Source of the DNA: Minisyncoccota bacterium
GTDB taxonomy: Bacteria; Patescibacteriota; Minisyncoccia; Phycocordibacterales; JBAYLF01
NCBI GenBank assembly: GCA_041664205.1
Contig: JBAYLF010000003.1
Location: forward strand, 7,349 to 71,348
Length of the DNA: 64,000 nt
Direction of reading: 5' to 3'
Shown: positions 9,407 to 19,325 of the stretch, piece by piece
Layout of the letters: each line of letters begins with the position of its first letter
Position numbering within the stretch: the stretch's first letter is position 1
Position numbers and translations under genes: made by a program
The notes under the pieces: generated by a model
Databases searched by the model: none
Told to the model about the DNA's origin: nothing
The model's input: the letters and a program-made list of their open reading frames with translations, nothing else

Positions 9407-11046
9407 TATTGGTTCTTAAGAGAAGCTTTCATAAACTCGGTAAACAGCGGATGTGGAGAAAGTGGTCTAGCTTTAAACTCTGGATGAAATTGTGTTCCGA
9501 GAAAGAATGGGTGCTTGTTCTTTGGTAGTTCGGCAATTTCCATAAGTTTTAAATCAGGCGAAACTCCTGAAAAAACAAGTCCTGACTTTTCAAGCTCTCC
9601 TATGTATTCAGGATTAACTTCATAACGATGACGGTGTCTTTCGCTTATCTCTTTCGCACCATAAGCGCTTCCTGCAATTGTTCCTTCTTTTAAGTGCGCC
9701 TTATAAGCACCGAGCCTCATTGAACCTCCATAGTCATTTTTCTCAAGCTTATTTTTTTGCTCAGACATAATATCAATCACAAGGTGAGAAGATTTAGGAT
9801 TGATCTCAGCTGTATTTGCATCCTTCCAACCTAAAACATTTCGCGCATATTCTATTACTAAAAGCTGCATACCATAACAAAGACCAAAATATGGAATTTT
9901 ATTTGTTCGTAAATATTCTATTGCCTTCAACTTTCCATCAATGCCAGATTCCCCAAAACCACCCGGCACAATAACTCCGTCAAATTTTCCAAGTTCTTTT
10001 ATTTTTTTACTATCCTTTTCAAATTCCTTTGCATTAATCCATGATATCTTAGGCTTTATTCCTAAATGATATGAAGAAAATTTTATCGCTTCTATAACCG
10101 AAAGATACGAGTCAGACAAAACAAAATCTCCTGTATCAAAATATTTACCGACAATCGCAATATTAACTTCTTTTGATGCAGACTTAACTTTATTTACAAA
10201 CGATCTCCAAGAAGATAGGTCTATCTTCCCCTTTTTAATTCCTAGATGTTTTACGATCATTTCACCAATTTTATCTTTCTCAAAATTCAAAGGCACTTCA
10301 TAAATACTATCAATGTCCGGTGCTGAAATAACATTCTCTACAGGTACACTACACGAAATCGCAATTTTTTCTTTTCGTTTTTTATCAAGAGGCTGTTCAC
10401 CTCGAGCGATAATAAAATCTGCTTGAACACCATATGAGTTAAGTTGGTGCACCGCATTCTGTGTTGGTTTTGATTTCATCTCACCTAGTTTATTTGGAAT
10501 TGGCATATAAGAAACAAGAATAAACAAAACATCTTTTGGGTGACAAATTTTCATAACTCTCGCAGCTTCAATGAACATTATGTTTTGATAGTCGCCAACA
10601 GTGCCGCCAATCTCAATGATTGAAACATCTGATTTATTAACTTTAGCCGAAAGCTCAAAACGACGAATGATTTCATCTCTGATATTGGGAATAGCTTCTA
10701 CACATTTACCTCCATATTTAAGAGCTCGTTCATTTTCAATAACACGCTTATAAACCATTCCGGAAGTCATATAGTCTTCGTTGTGCAAATCGCGATTTAA
10801 AAATCTTTCATAATTCCCCATATCTTGATCTGTTTCAAGACCTGAATCCATAACAAAAACCTCACCATGTTCGGTGGGATTCATAGTTCCCGCATCAACA
10901 TTTAGATACGGATCAACTTTTACAATATTTACCTTATAACCTTTTGCCTCAAGAATTGTTCCTATAGAAGAAGTCGCAACACCCTTTCCAACACCAGACA
11001 TAACTCCCCCTATAACAAATATATATTTATGGTTTTTAGTAGTCAT
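9406..11046 (-). CDS. pyrG: CTP synthase
   Basis: N-terminal synthetase domain YIFVIGGVMSGVGKG and C-terminal glutamine amidotransferase (GLCYGMQ, HRHRYEVN). The start was set at MTTKNHKYIFV, which has a GGAAAAG SD; the ORF track extends to 11070. Confidence 0.9.
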   Translation of the reverse strand: MTTKNHKYIFVIGGVMSGVGKGVATSSIGTILEAKGYKVNIVKVDPYLNVDAGTMNPTEHGEVFVMDSGLETDQDMGNYERFLNRDLHNEDYMTSGMVYKRVIENERALKYGGKCVEAIPNIRDEIIRRFELSAKVNKSDVSIIEIGGTVGDYQNIMFIEAARVMKICHPKDVLFILVSYMPIPNKLGEMKSKPTQNAVHQLNSYGVQADFIIARGEQPLDKKRKEKIAISCSVPVENVISAPDIDSIYEVPLNFEKDKIGEMIVKHLGIKKGKIDLSSWRSFVNKVKSASKEVNIAIVGKYFDTGDFVLSDSYLSVIEAIKFSSYHLGIKPKISWINAKEFEKDSKKIKELGKFDGVIVPGGFGESGIDGKLKAIEYLRTNKIPYFGLCYGMQLLVIEYARNVLGWKDANTAEINPKSSHLVIDIMSEQKNKLEKNDYGGSMRLGAYKAHLKEGTIAGSAYGAKEISERHRHRYEVNPEYIGELEKSGLVFSGVSPDLKLMEIAELPKNKHPFFLGTQFHPEFKARPLSPHPLFTEFMKASLKNQ

Positions 11047-11123
11047 CATCTTTTCCATTGTATCTATCAAAATAAGTTTTTCAATCTTGGCAAAAATTTA
11101 TTTTGTTTTGCAAAATAAAGATT

Positions 11124-11226
11124 CCTCTGGACAAAGCCCTGGGGTGAGATATTGAATCTATATTTCGTCTTCGCTCGGACGCCATACAAACTGAGAGTTT
11201 GCGCGGCGCTCCTCGCTCGACGAAAT
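11124..11226 (-). promoter_or_regulatory. GC-rich structured leader upstream of pyrG (candidate attenuator or regulatory RNA)
   Basis: An 8-bp closing stem ATTTCGTC/GACGAAAT encloses an inner CAAACT-gag-AGTTTG hairpin and GC-rich arms. Near-direct repeats TCTTCGCTCGGACG / TCCTCGCTCGACG are present, and the - strand reads CCCCAGGG. Confidence 0.3.
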
Positions 11227-11259
11227 AAAAAAAACACCTCGTAATTAATTACGAGGTGT
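11226..11259 (-). terminator. rho-independent terminator
   Basis: Perfect palindrome ACACCTCGTAATTAATTACGAGGTGT with A8 on the + strand, a U-run on the - strand. It follows the 11275..12453 gene. Confidence 0.7.
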
Positions 11260-11274
11260 TTATAATTCTAGACT

Positions 11275-12453
11275 TTATCGTGTTAAACGATCCATTTCGT
11301 TATGATGAAATTCCAAAGCAATCTTTATGTTTGGATCAGTTGTATAATCAATGATCTGTTTAAAAAGAGGTAGACACCAACGTGCGACACCACCTTTTCC
11401 TAAAGAATACAACCATGGAGTGCAACTATAGAAAGATTTTTCCAAAAGCTGATTCAAGGCTGTAGAACTATCAGGATCCCACATGCGCAAGGCATGATGC
11501 ATAAACAAATTCCAATGTGTATGAAATTCCACACCAGGATCTCTCCATAACGGATAAGGATTACTCCTATCTGCAGTTGACCATGTGCCTTCCGGTATAA
11601 CAACTTCAGTCCGAGGAAATGATTCATAAACATCAGAAAGATGAGCGAACTCACAGACTGACTTACGACTCATAACAGCATCAAAAAATGGGATCAGAAA
11701 TCTCCTGAAAGCATTTTCTTGATGATGACCAAAAGTCTCACCGTCCATTGCAATTACAATGTAGGTGTCTCCAGAGATTTGACAACGTTCCTTCCAATTA
11801 AGTTGGGAATTGATTAAATAGTGACCGAATTCATATCCATTTGTATATTTTTCAAATGAAATTGCATCCGACCATTCTCTTGATCTCAGGATAATCCCAA
11901 AATCATTCATACTCGGAACCCAGTTTTGAGGAACCCTTTCATGTTCTGGAAAATCCAGACGGCTCTTCTTAAAAGGATCATCACAAGCCAAGCACCATTT
12001 ATATCCCAATCGCTGAAAGATCGGAACAAGTCTTGAATCAAACGCCATTTCAGGAGGAAAAACCCCTGTTACGTTTTCTGCTTCAAAAAATTCTTGATAG
12101 CATTTTTTGTTTAACTCAAGCTGCTTTTCAATCATTCTTTCATAAGAAACTCCTAATCCCGCTCTTTCATAAGGAAACAAGAGTGGAAAAAGATAATGAT
12201 AAGCAGAAGTATTTACAAACTCAACTTGCCTATTAAGCCTATGAAGTCTGTTTAATCTCTGAGTGAAACCCTTTGGCAAAGTTTTTATCTGATCAACAAG
12301 TGACAAAGGAATATCTATAGAAACCAAAAACTCCGGCCGACTTTCCAACATTTCAAGATGTGGTAAGTATGACTGATAATAAATTTCCTCAGTCTTATAT
12401 GATACTTGAGTCGGGGGCTGATAAACGTGAAGTAAAACAACTATTTTAAGCAT
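11275..12453 (-). CDS. glycoside hydrolase family 57-like protein
   Basis: N-terminal LLHVYQP (H-x-HQP-like) and an AMDGETFGHH catalytic-type motif, with an AAAGGA SD. Family assignment is by motif only. Confidence 0.45.
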   Translation of the reverse strand: MLKIVVLLHVYQPPTQVSYKTEEIYYQSYLPHLEMLESRPEFLVSIDIPLSLVDQIKTLPKGFTQRLNRLHRLNRQVEFVNTSAYHYLFPLLFPYERAGLGVSYERMIEKQLELNKKCYQEFFEAENVTGVFPPEMAFDSRLVPIFQRLGYKWCLACDDPFKKSRLDFPEHERVPQNWVPSMNDFGIILRSREWSDAISFEKYTNGYEFGHYLINSQLNWKERCQISGDTYIVIAMDGETFGHHQENAFRRFLIPFFDAVMSRKSVCEFAHLSDVYESFPRTEVVIPEGTWSTADRSNPYPLWRDPGVEFHTHWNLFMHHALRMWDPDSSTALNQLLEKSFYSCTPWLYSLGKGGVARWCLPLFKQIIDYTTDPNIKIALEFHHNEMDRLTR

Positions 12454-12567
12454 TCCAAATCCTTTCTTTCTGTTTGTTTTTTCTGTTCTTAGAATACCAC
12501 GAAATTACCAAGGGTCAATTGGACATAAAAAGCAAGATATGGTGAAATTTTGTTTATTCAGGCTGAT

Positions 12568-13611
12568 TTAATTTCTATCAAACATCGGGTTTAGTTGTTC
12601 TGTAACCCTTACAAAAGTTGTTCGTTTTGGAAGCTCTTTTAATTTGCGAGCGCCAACATAAGTGCAGGCAGATCTAAGTCCTCCAAGGATTTCTTGTATC
12701 GTTATTTCAACAGGACCTTTTAGAGGAACATCTACAGATCGTCCTTCGCTCGTCCTGTATTTTGCAACACCATTATTATGTTTCATCATCGACTCTTCAG
12801 AAGAAGAGCCATAAAAACGCAAATATTTTTTACCATCCTTTTCTATTATTTCTGATTCTGACTCTTCGTGCCCTGCAAGCATTCCGCCAAGCATTACGAA
12901 ATCGGCACCAGCGCCAAAAGCTTTTACAATATCTCCTGGAACCTGACATCCGCCGTCAGCGCAAATATGTCCACCAACGCCATGTGCAGCATCTGCGCAT
13001 TCGATAACTGCGGAAAGTTGCGGATAACCAACGCCTGTCATTTTTCTCGTAGTGCAAGCCGAACCAGAACCGATTCCGACTTTAACAATATCTGCACCCG
13101 AAAGAATAAGTTGCTCTGTCATCTCACCCGTCACGACATTACCAGCCATTATTATTGAGTTCGGAAATTTCTCGCGAATACTTTTTATGAAATCTGCGAA
13201 ACGCTCCGTGTAACCATTCGCAACATCTATACAAATATTTTTTAAAAAATTCTTTCCACCTTTTTTTGCAAAATTAGAAAGCTTAGAGAGATCGGCATCT
13301 TTTATCCCCATCGTATAAAAAACTTTGTCGGCTAATTTTTCTTTTTTATAAAATTGCAGAAGTTCATCAATCTCATAATGTTTATGAAAAGCAACCATCA
13401 TGTCATGTTTTGAAAACGATCGCGCCATAGACATAGTGCCAACACCATCCATATTAGAAGCAATAACTGGTATGCCTTCGAAAGTATTATTGTTATTTCT
13501 GAAAGCAAACTTTCGAGAAATATCGACATCTGCCCTACTATTAAGAGTTGAGCGCTTCGGCCTTAAAAGAACATCTTTGTAATCAAGCTTAACCTCTTCT
13601 TCTATTCTCAT
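12568..13611 (-). CDS. guaC: GMP reductase
   Basis: 347 aa. [22 protein letters not shown]...[14 protein letters not shown]...[11 protein letters not shown] is the IMPDH/GMPR TIM-barrel without a CBS insert, as in GuaC. Confidence 0.8.
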   Translation of the reverse strand: MRIEEEVKLDYKDVLLRPKRSTLNSRADVDISRKFAFRNNNNTFEGIPVIASNMDGVGTMSMARSFSKHDMMVAFHKHYEIDELLQFYKKEKLADKVFYTMGIKDADLSKLSNFAKKGGKNFLKNICIDVANGYTERFADFIKSIREKFPNSIIMAGNVVTGEMTEQLILSGADIVKVGIGSGSACTTRKMTGVGYPQLSAVIECADAAHGVGGHICADGGCQVPGDIVKAFGAGADFVMLGGMLAGHEESESEIIEKDGKKYLRFYGSSSEESMMKHNNGVAKYRTSEGRSVDVPLKGPVEITIQEILGGLRSACTYVGARKLKELPKRTTFVRVTEQLNPMFDRN

Positions 13612-13739
13612 ATCTTTATTTCTTTAGTTATTATAAATTGGCAATCTAATTATATATTAAGCATCCTGGCGGTCAAAATTTCCAGATTATAGAAAAAATA
13701 GTATTATTAGTATTAAAGCTAATTTAACGTTTTAAATTT

Positions 13740-14258
13740 ATGGTTTTATCAACACACATGGTTGTCGGCGCCCTATTGGCACAACAAGTCAGTAATCCCT
13801 TTGTTGCTTTTTTTGTTGGCTTTTTAAGTCACTTTGTTCTAGATGCTATTCCCCACTGGGATTACGAAGTAAAAGCATTAATAATGCGTGATAAAGAAAA
13901 TAAACTTAATAGTTCTACATCTGTTAATTTAAAATCATTATATGATCTTATTAAAATCGGATGCGATGTTTTACTCGGTTTTATAATAATTTTTATAATT
14001 TTCAAAATTTATAGTTTAGATCAAATTCTAGAATCTCAAAATCTATACATACTTATAGGCGCAATAGGCGGAGCTACGCCAGACTTTTTGCAATTCGTAT
14101 TTTTCCATTGGAAAAATAATAAATACATTTACGGATTACTTGTTAATCTTCAGAAATTTCACATGTGGATTCATTCTCAGAAAAAAACACTTACTCCAAT
14201 AGTAGGAATCACTTTCCAAGTCATTGTGGTTATAATTGCTTTTATTTGTTTAAGATAA
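13740..14258 (+). CDS. membrane-bound metal-dependent hydrolase-like protein (DUF457/YdjM-like)
   Basis: Multi-TM protein with FLSHFVLDAIPHW, a His-rich motif typical of DUF457. Confidence 0.45.
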   Translation: MVLSTHMVVGALLAQQVSNPFVAFFVGFLSHFVLDAIPHWDYEVKALIMRDKENKLNSSTSVNLKSLYDLIKIGCDVLLGFIIIFIIFKIYSLDQILESQNLYILIGAIGGATPDFLQFVFFHWKNNKYIYGLLVNLQKFHMWIHSQKKTLTPIVGITFQVIVVIIAFICLR

Positions 14259-14262
14259 ATTA

Positions 14263-14877
14263 ATGCTCAAATATCTAGATCCATTATTCCTAATACAGTC
14301 CGCGGGCCTTATCGGCGTTTTGTTTATAATCTTTGCCGAGTCCGGATTATTCTTCGGATTTTTCTTGCCCGGCGATTCGCTTCTTTTTACAGCAGGCTTT
14401 TTGGCTTCGCAAGGATATTTTAATTTATTTGTATTGATAGTATTAACTTTCTTTGCTGCAGTATTAGGAGACAATTTCGGATATCAATTCGGAAAGCATA
14501 TAGGACCAAAAATTTTTACAAAAGAAGATTCGCTTTTTTTTCGCAAAGAACATGTTATCAGAACAAAAAAGTTTTATGAGCGTTACGGCAAAAAAGCTTT
14601 GGTGATAGCTCGATTCATTCCAATAGTAAGAACGTTCACACCAATACTTGCCGGAGTCGGTCAGATGGAATATAAAACTTTTTTTACTTATAATCTAATT
14701 GGGGGTGCGGCATGGACGCTACTTTTAATAAACCTGGGATTTTTCTTAGGAACATTGATTAAAGATGCCGACCGATTTATTTTACCAATTGTTTTAGTTA
14801 TAATTGTTATATCTTTTCTTCCAGGAGTTTGGGAAATCATAAAGATTAAAAAAGAATCACAAAATAAAAAAATTTAA
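14263..14877 (+). CDS. DedA/SNARE-associated family membrane protein
   Basis: FLPGDSLLFTAGFLA...RFIPIVRTFTPILAGVGQM are canonical DedA motifs. Confidence 0.85.
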   Translation: MLKYLDPLFLIQSAGLIGVLFIIFAESGLFFGFFLPGDSLLFTAGFLASQGYFNLFVLIVLTFFAAVLGDNFGYQFGKHIGPKIFTKEDSLFFRKEHVIRTKKFYERYGKKALVIARFIPIVRTFTPILAGVGQMEYKTFFTYNLIGGAAWTLLLINLGFFLGTLIKDADRFILPIVLVIIVISFLPGVWEIIKIKKESQNKKI

Positions 14878-14899
14878 AATTTAATAATAATTATTTAAT

Positions 14900-15340
14900 A
14901 TGAAAAAAACATTTAGTGAATTTAGAGACTTTGCAATTAGAGGAAACATCACCGATATGGCAATTGGAGTCGCCCTTGGAGGTGCTGTTGGAAAAGTAGT
15001 TACATCTTTTGTAACTGACGTCATTATGCCACCTATAGGATTACTTATCGGTAAGGTTGATTTTGCCAACCTTTTTATAAGTCTTTCAGAAAAACAATAC
15101 AGCACGGTAGCACAGGCACAAGCAGTAGGTGTGCCAACTATTAATTACGGACTTTTCATTAACACATTCATTAACCTTTTAATAATAGCTTTCGTCGTAT
15201 TTATTTTTAGCAAACGCGTTAATAAACTTAGAGAAGAAGTAACTCCACCAGCAGTCACAAAAAAATGTCCGTTTTGTGCTTCAGCTATTTCAATAGAAGC
15301 AAAACGCTGCCCTCTTTGCACCTCAGAGTTAGATAAATAA
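14900..15340 (+). CDS. mscL: large-conductance mechanosensitive channel MscL with C-terminal CxxC..CxxC extension
   Basis: EFRDFAIRGNITDMAIGVALGGAVGKVVTSFVTDVIMPPIG is the MscL TM1 signature. The C-terminal KKCPFCASAISIEAKRCPLCTSEL looks like a zinc ribbon. Confidence 0.8.
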   Translation: MKKTFSEFRDFAIRGNITDMAIGVALGGAVGKVVTSFVTDVIMPPIGLLIGKVDFANLFISLSEKQYSTVAQAQAVGVPTINYGLFINTFINLLIIAFVVFIFSKRVNKLREEVTPPAVTKKCPFCASAISIEAKRCPLCTSELDK

Positions 15341-15409
15341 CAGATAAATTCTATATAAAATCTCAAACACTATACTTTTTTAAAAAGTTATGCTATATTT
15401 GTAATGCTA

Positions 15410-15437
15410 ATAACGGCCATTTATTGCCGTTTTTTTG
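15410..15437 (+). terminator. rho-independent terminator or attenuator
   Basis: AACGGCCATTTATTGCCGTT followed by T7. It lies after mscL and 23 nt before the typA start. Confidence 0.55.
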
Positions 15438-15459
15438 TCACTAATCAATTTAAAAACAA

Positions 15460-17253
15460 ATGGAAATCAGAAATATCGCAATCATAGCCCACGTTGACCA
15501 CGGTAAGACAACACTAACTGATGCCTTAATGAGACAGACAGGAATGGTTAAAGAAGAAAATGTAACCATGGACTCAAACGCTCTAGAACAAGAGCGCGGT
15601 ATTACTATTTACTCAAAAAATACCTCTGTATTTTACAAAGACACAAAAATAAATATTGTAGACACTCCGGGCCACGCAGACTTCGGTTCTGAAGTCGAGC
15701 GAGTTTTGCGTTCAATCGACTCAGTGCTTCTAGTGGTAGACGCGCAAGAAGGACCGATGCCACAAACACGATTTGTGCTAAAAAAATCTCTTGAACTTGG
15801 TCTTAAGCCAATAGTTGTAATAAATAAAATAGATAAACAAGCAGCCAATCCAGAAAGAACTCATGAAGAAGTATTAGAGCTCTTTATGGATCTCGGAGCA
15901 ACAGATGAACAGCTTAATTTCACTACGGTTTACGCAATCGGACGCGAAGGTATGGCGAAAAGAAATTTAACCGACGAAAGCACAAACCTCTTCCCTCTTC
16001 TTGATGTAATTTTAGAAAAAGTTCTGCCTGCGCCACAAAACAAAGATATGCCTCTTCGCGCACAATCTTTTAACTTAGGCTATGACAACTTCTTAGGACG
16101 CCTCGCTGTCTGCAGAGTTTATGAAGGCACCTTAAAGAGCGGACAAAATGTTTTTGCAAAAAGACCTGACGGAACTAATCATTCAGGCAAAATCACAAAG
16201 CTTTATACTTTCGAAGGAATTCAACGCAAAGAAGTAAGCGAGGCAGAAGCTGGCGACATCGTAATGATCGCAGGACTTCCTGAAATTTATATAGGAGAAA
16301 CAATTTGCGAAAGCGAATCTCAAGAGGTTTTGCCTGCAATTAAAGTAGACGAACCAACGATTGCATTAAATTTATTAGTTAACGATTCACCTTTTGCAGG
16401 ACGCGAAGGAAAATTCGTAACAACAAGACAGATCGGCGAACGATTACAAAAAGAGCTCGAGGTAAACATCGGACTAAAAGTTGATTTTTCACAAGGTGAC
16501 ACTTTTAAAGTATTCGGACGTGGAGAACTTCACATTTCAATTCTTTTGGAAAATATGAGAAGAGAAGGATATGAACTTCAAGTTTCGCAACCACAGGCAA
16601 TAATCAAAGAAATTGATGGTGTAAAAAATGAGCCATTTGAAGAAGTAACTATAGAAGTGCCGAATGAAGTAGTCGGCGCAGTTATTGAAAAAATGGGAAA
16701 ACGAAAAGGAATAATAACATCGATGAAACAGGAAGAAAATATTACCCGTATTATTTTTGAAATACCTACACGAGGCCTTTTAGGTTACCGAAATCAATTT
16801 ATTGTGGACACTCGAGGTAATGGTATTTTATGCAACAGATTTATAGATTTTAAACCTTACGCTGGAGAAATAGAAAAACGAGAAACCGGCTCAATGATCT
16901 CAATGGCAAACGGCAAGACACTCGCATTTTCTTTGTGGAATTTGCAAAACAGAGGAGTGCTTTACATTGAACCTGCAACAGAAGTTTACGAAGGTATGGT
17001 AATAGGAAACGTTACAAAAGGCGACGAACTTGATGTTAATCCAACAAAAGGAAAACAGCTTACAAACATGCGCGCATCAGGATCTGATGAAGGAATTTTC
17101 TTAATACCAGCAACACCTCTTAATATCGAACGAGGACTTGAAATAATGGCAGAAGATGAATATTTGGAAATAACTCCAAAGTCTACAAGATTACGAAAAA
17201 AATATTTAACAAAGATTGATCGCTCTAGAGCGACAAGAAAAGAAAATAAATAA
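15460..17253 (+). CDS. typA: translational GTPase TypA/BipA
   Basis: [24 protein letters not shown]; EF-G-like domain order at BipA length (597 aa). Confidence 0.9.
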   Translation: MEIRNIAIIAHVDHGKTTLTDALMRQTGMVKEENVTMDSNALEQERGITIYSKNTSVFYKDTKINIVDTPGHADFGSEVERVLRSIDSVLLVVDAQEGPMPQTRFVLKKSLELGLKPIVVINKIDKQAANPERTHEEVLELFMDLGATDEQLNFTTVYAIGREGMAKRNLTDESTNLFPLLDVILEKVLPAPQNKDMPLRAQSFNLGYDNFLGRLAVCRVYEGTLKSGQNVFAKRPDGTNHSGKITKLYTFEGIQRKEVSEAEAGDIVMIAGLPEIYIGETICESESQEVLPAIKVDEPTIALNLLVNDSPFAGREGKFVTTRQIGERLQKELEVNIGLKVDFSQGDTFKVFGRGELHISILLENMRREGYELQVSQPQAIIKEIDGVKNEPFEEVTIEVPNEVVGAVIEKMGKRKGIITSMKQEENITRIIFEIPTRGLLGYRNQFIVDTRGNGILCNRFIDFKPYAGEIEKRETGSMISMANGKTLAFSLWNLQNRGVLYIEPATEVYEGMVIGNVTKGDELDVNPTKGKQLTNMRASGSDEGIFLIPATPLNIERGLEIMAEDEYLEITPKSTRLRKKYLTKIDRSRATRKENK

Positions 17254-17254
17254 A

Positions 17255-17288
17255 AGAAAAACTCCGCAATATATTGCGGAGTTTTTTA
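17255..17288. terminator. bidirectional rho-independent terminator
   Basis: A-run, CTCCGCAATATATTGCGGAG, then T6. It serves typA on the + strand and the 17310..17747 gene on the - strand. Confidence 0.7.
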
Positions 17289-17309
17289 AAAAATAGATAA
17301 AGAACGGCA

Positions 17310-17747
17310 TTATGCTGCCACCGCATAAAGTTTTTTGTGAACTTTTTTTACAGATTTAGCATTTTGAGAATCATTATTAATCCATGATTTGATAATTTTT
17401 AAATAATTTCTTACTCTCTCCTCATCAATTTTTCTATGACATGAATCTAAAGCAATTGAATTCTTTCCACAAATAAAGCGGTTAAAAATCCTAGTATTCC
17501 AAGCGACGTGAGTCTTACCCCAATTTGCTTCTTTTTTTTCAACAAGCTTCCATATTAAAAGAAAAAGCTCTTCAAAGGGGGTTTTAAATTTATCAGTTAT
17601 AACGACCTCCTCCATTCGATCTATAACTTGTCTTGCTTTACCAACATTACCCAAAAATCCATATCCAAGGTGATTGAGTAAATCCATAAATTTTCGATCC
17701 TTTGCAGGAACGTATGGATCTTTTTCCATTTCCCATTTTGTTTTCAT
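17310..17747 (-). CDS. hypothetical protein, paralog 1 of a tandem pair (145 aa)
   Basis: Homologous to 17852..18280 (shared EELFLLI(W/F)KL, LD.C.R and a C-terminal KKLYAVAA tail). Unknown family. Confidence 0.6.
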   Translation of the reverse strand: MKTKWEMEKDPYVPAKDRKFMDLLNHLGYGFLGNVGKARQVIDRMEEVVITDKFKTPFEELFLLIWKLVEKKEANWGKTHVAWNTRIFNRFICGKNSIALDSCHRKIDEERVRNYLKIIKSWINNDSQNAKSVKKVHKKLYAVAA

Positions 17748-17800
17748 ATTTTTTAGAACTGATCGGACTACACATTAACATACAATTTTAAAAAACGCAA
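17743..17800 (-). repeat. copy 1 of identical 56-nt promoter/leader repeat
   Basis: CATATTTTTTAGAACTGATCGGACTACACATTAACATACAATTTTAAAAAACGCAA is identical at 18277..18334. The - strand contains TTGCGT, a 17-nt spacer and TAATGT. Confidence 0.7.
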
Positions 17801-17805
17801 ACAAA

Positions 17806-17835
17806 TAAAAAACTCCGTTTATCGCGGAGTTTTTA
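17806..17835 (-). terminator. rho-independent terminator
   Basis: CTCCGTTTATCGCGGAG hairpin flanked by A/T runs. It is similar in sequence to the terminator at 17255. Confidence 0.6.
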
Positions 17836-17851
17836 TGAGAAAATAACAATA

Positions 17852-18280
17852 TTAAGCTGCTGCTGCATAAAGTTTTTTCCTTTTTGCAGAAGGCTTAACA
17901 GTTTTTTGATTCTCATCTTTTAACCATGCCTTTAGAATTCTGACATAACTTTGTGCTTTCTCTTTTTGAGGTTCTCTGTAACATAGGTCCAGATTAATTC
18001 TTCTATTTCCATAAACAAATACGGAATAAGATTTTATCCAATAAGCACCCTTATTTTGAAGTTTAAATATTAGAAGAAAGAGTTCTTCATGATAATTTTT
18101 AAAATCACCAGAACTAATAATCTCTCTCACCCTGTTAATAAAATCTTTACCTTTCTGATCTCCAGAACTAAGTATAATAGGCCCTATACGATTTAGAATT
18201 ACTAAAATTCGTTTTTCTTCTTGGTGCCTTGCCTCACTTTCTGGATTTTTATATTTCAATTTTTTCTGTTTCGTTTCCAT
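17852..18280 (-). CDS. hypothetical protein, paralog 2 of a tandem pair (142 aa)
   Basis: See 17310..17747. C-terminal tail is KKLYAAAA. Confidence 0.6.
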   Translation of the reverse strand: METKQKKLKYKNPESEARHQEEKRILVILNRIGPIILSSGDQKGKDFINRVREIISSGDFKNYHEELFLLIFKLQNKGAYWIKSYSVFVYGNRRINLDLCYREPQKEKAQSYVRILKAWLKDENQKTVKPSAKRKKLYAAAA

Positions 18281-18334
18281 ATTTTTTAGAACTGATCGGA
18301 CTACACATTAACATACAATTTTAAAAAACGCAAG
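18277..18334 (-). repeat. copy 2 of identical 56-nt promoter/leader repeat
   Basis: Identical to 17743..17800. Confidence 0.7.
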
Positions 18335-18345
18335 TATACGAAAAT

Positions 18346-18372
18346 ACCCATCACGTTAAACGTGATGGGTAT
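18346..18372 (-). terminator. terminator hairpin
   Basis: ACCCATCACG-ttaaa-CGTGATGGGT with weak flanking U tracts, downstream of the RRM gene. Confidence 0.45.
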
Positions 18373-18393
18373 TTTCTAAAGCACTAAAATTAA

Positions 18394-18738
18394 TTAGTAG
18401 CTTCTTCGTTGATCTCTTCGATCACCGCCTCGATCATAGCCTCCACCGAAGCCTCCTCGACTTCCTCCTCGTGGTGCCATTGGTCGATCGCTCTTTGGTC
18501 GAGCTTCGTTGACAGTAATGTTTCGTCCGTCTAGTTCTGCACCATTTAGAGTCTGGATAGCTTGTTCAGCTGCTCCGTCATCTACCATAGTAACAAAACC
18601 AAATCCTCGAGACTTACCTGTCATCTTGTCAGTGATAACTTGAACATCTTCAACTTCGCCGTATTGAGCGAAAGCTTGTTTCAAACTATCATTTGTAGTT
18701 GCCCATGCTAGGCCACCTACATATAACTTCTTTGCCAT
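18394..18738 (-). CDS. RRM-domain glycine-rich RNA-binding protein
   Basis: RNP-2 motif KLYVGGL, RNP-1 motif RGFGFVTM and an RGG/glycine-rich tail. Codon usage is GC-richer than its neighbours, possibly reflecting high expression. Confidence 0.85.
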   Translation of the reverse strand: MAKKLYVGGLAWATTNDSLKQAFAQYGEVEDVQVITDKMTGKSRGFGFVTMVDDGAAEQAIQTLNGAELDGRNITVNEARPKSDRPMAPRGGSRGGFGGGYDRGGDRRDQRRSY

Positions 18739-18970
18739 AGGTATATAGAATTTTCTTTATAAAATTGTCGATAGAACGACCTTCCCTATGGCTAATTTAA
18801 TCCATTGAGAAACTTCTTCGAACCTCCCAATAATAAACCATATAGCTAAAAAAGTCAATGAGTAAAATTATTGCCTAACACTTTAAATTTTATTGAAATT
18901 TATTAGCTTTTGATTAACTTATAGTGCTATGATTAACTTTTAAAGTGTATTAAAAAATATAATTGTTATT

Positions 18971-19318
18971 ATGAAAAATTCATTTGAAGAAACAGTCCTA
19001 CCAAATAACGAATTAGAAAATACTTCCGACGTAGAAAAAAATAATAAAATTTGGGAAGAAATAAAAAGAAAAAATTTCAGTCGAGTAGATGAATTAACTC
19101 TTATTAGTGATGAAATAATTGAAATCTTACTAAAACAACCTAAAGAAAACGGAATTTTTTTAAGTAATCTCAAATCTATTACTGATCGCCAAGCAGAACG
19201 TTTATCAAAATACGAAGGTAGTGTCTATCTTGAAAATCTTGATGTTACAGATCAACAAGCAGAATTTTTATCGAAACCTAACATTACATGGTCTTACAAA
19301 TACCATGATTCAATCTAA
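18971..19318 (+). CDS. hypothetical protein (115 aa)
   Basis: Protein-like composition. The overlapping - strand ORF 18940..19173 has antisense-like F/S/L-rich composition. Confidence 0.4.
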   Translation: MKNSFEETVLPNNELENTSDVEKNNKIWEEIKRKNFSRVDELTLISDEIIEILLKQPKENGIFLSNLKSITDRQAERLSKYEGSVYLENLDVTDQQAEFLSKPNITWSYKYHDSI

Positions 19319-19325
19319 TTTTTTA

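Noticed and set aside
9114-9487. ORFs 9114..9419 (+) and 9299..9487 (+) spanning the truB/pyrG junction
   Set aside because: They overlap truB and pyrG antisense and run through the GC-rich structured intergenic element. There is no SD, and they are better explained as a non-coding element.
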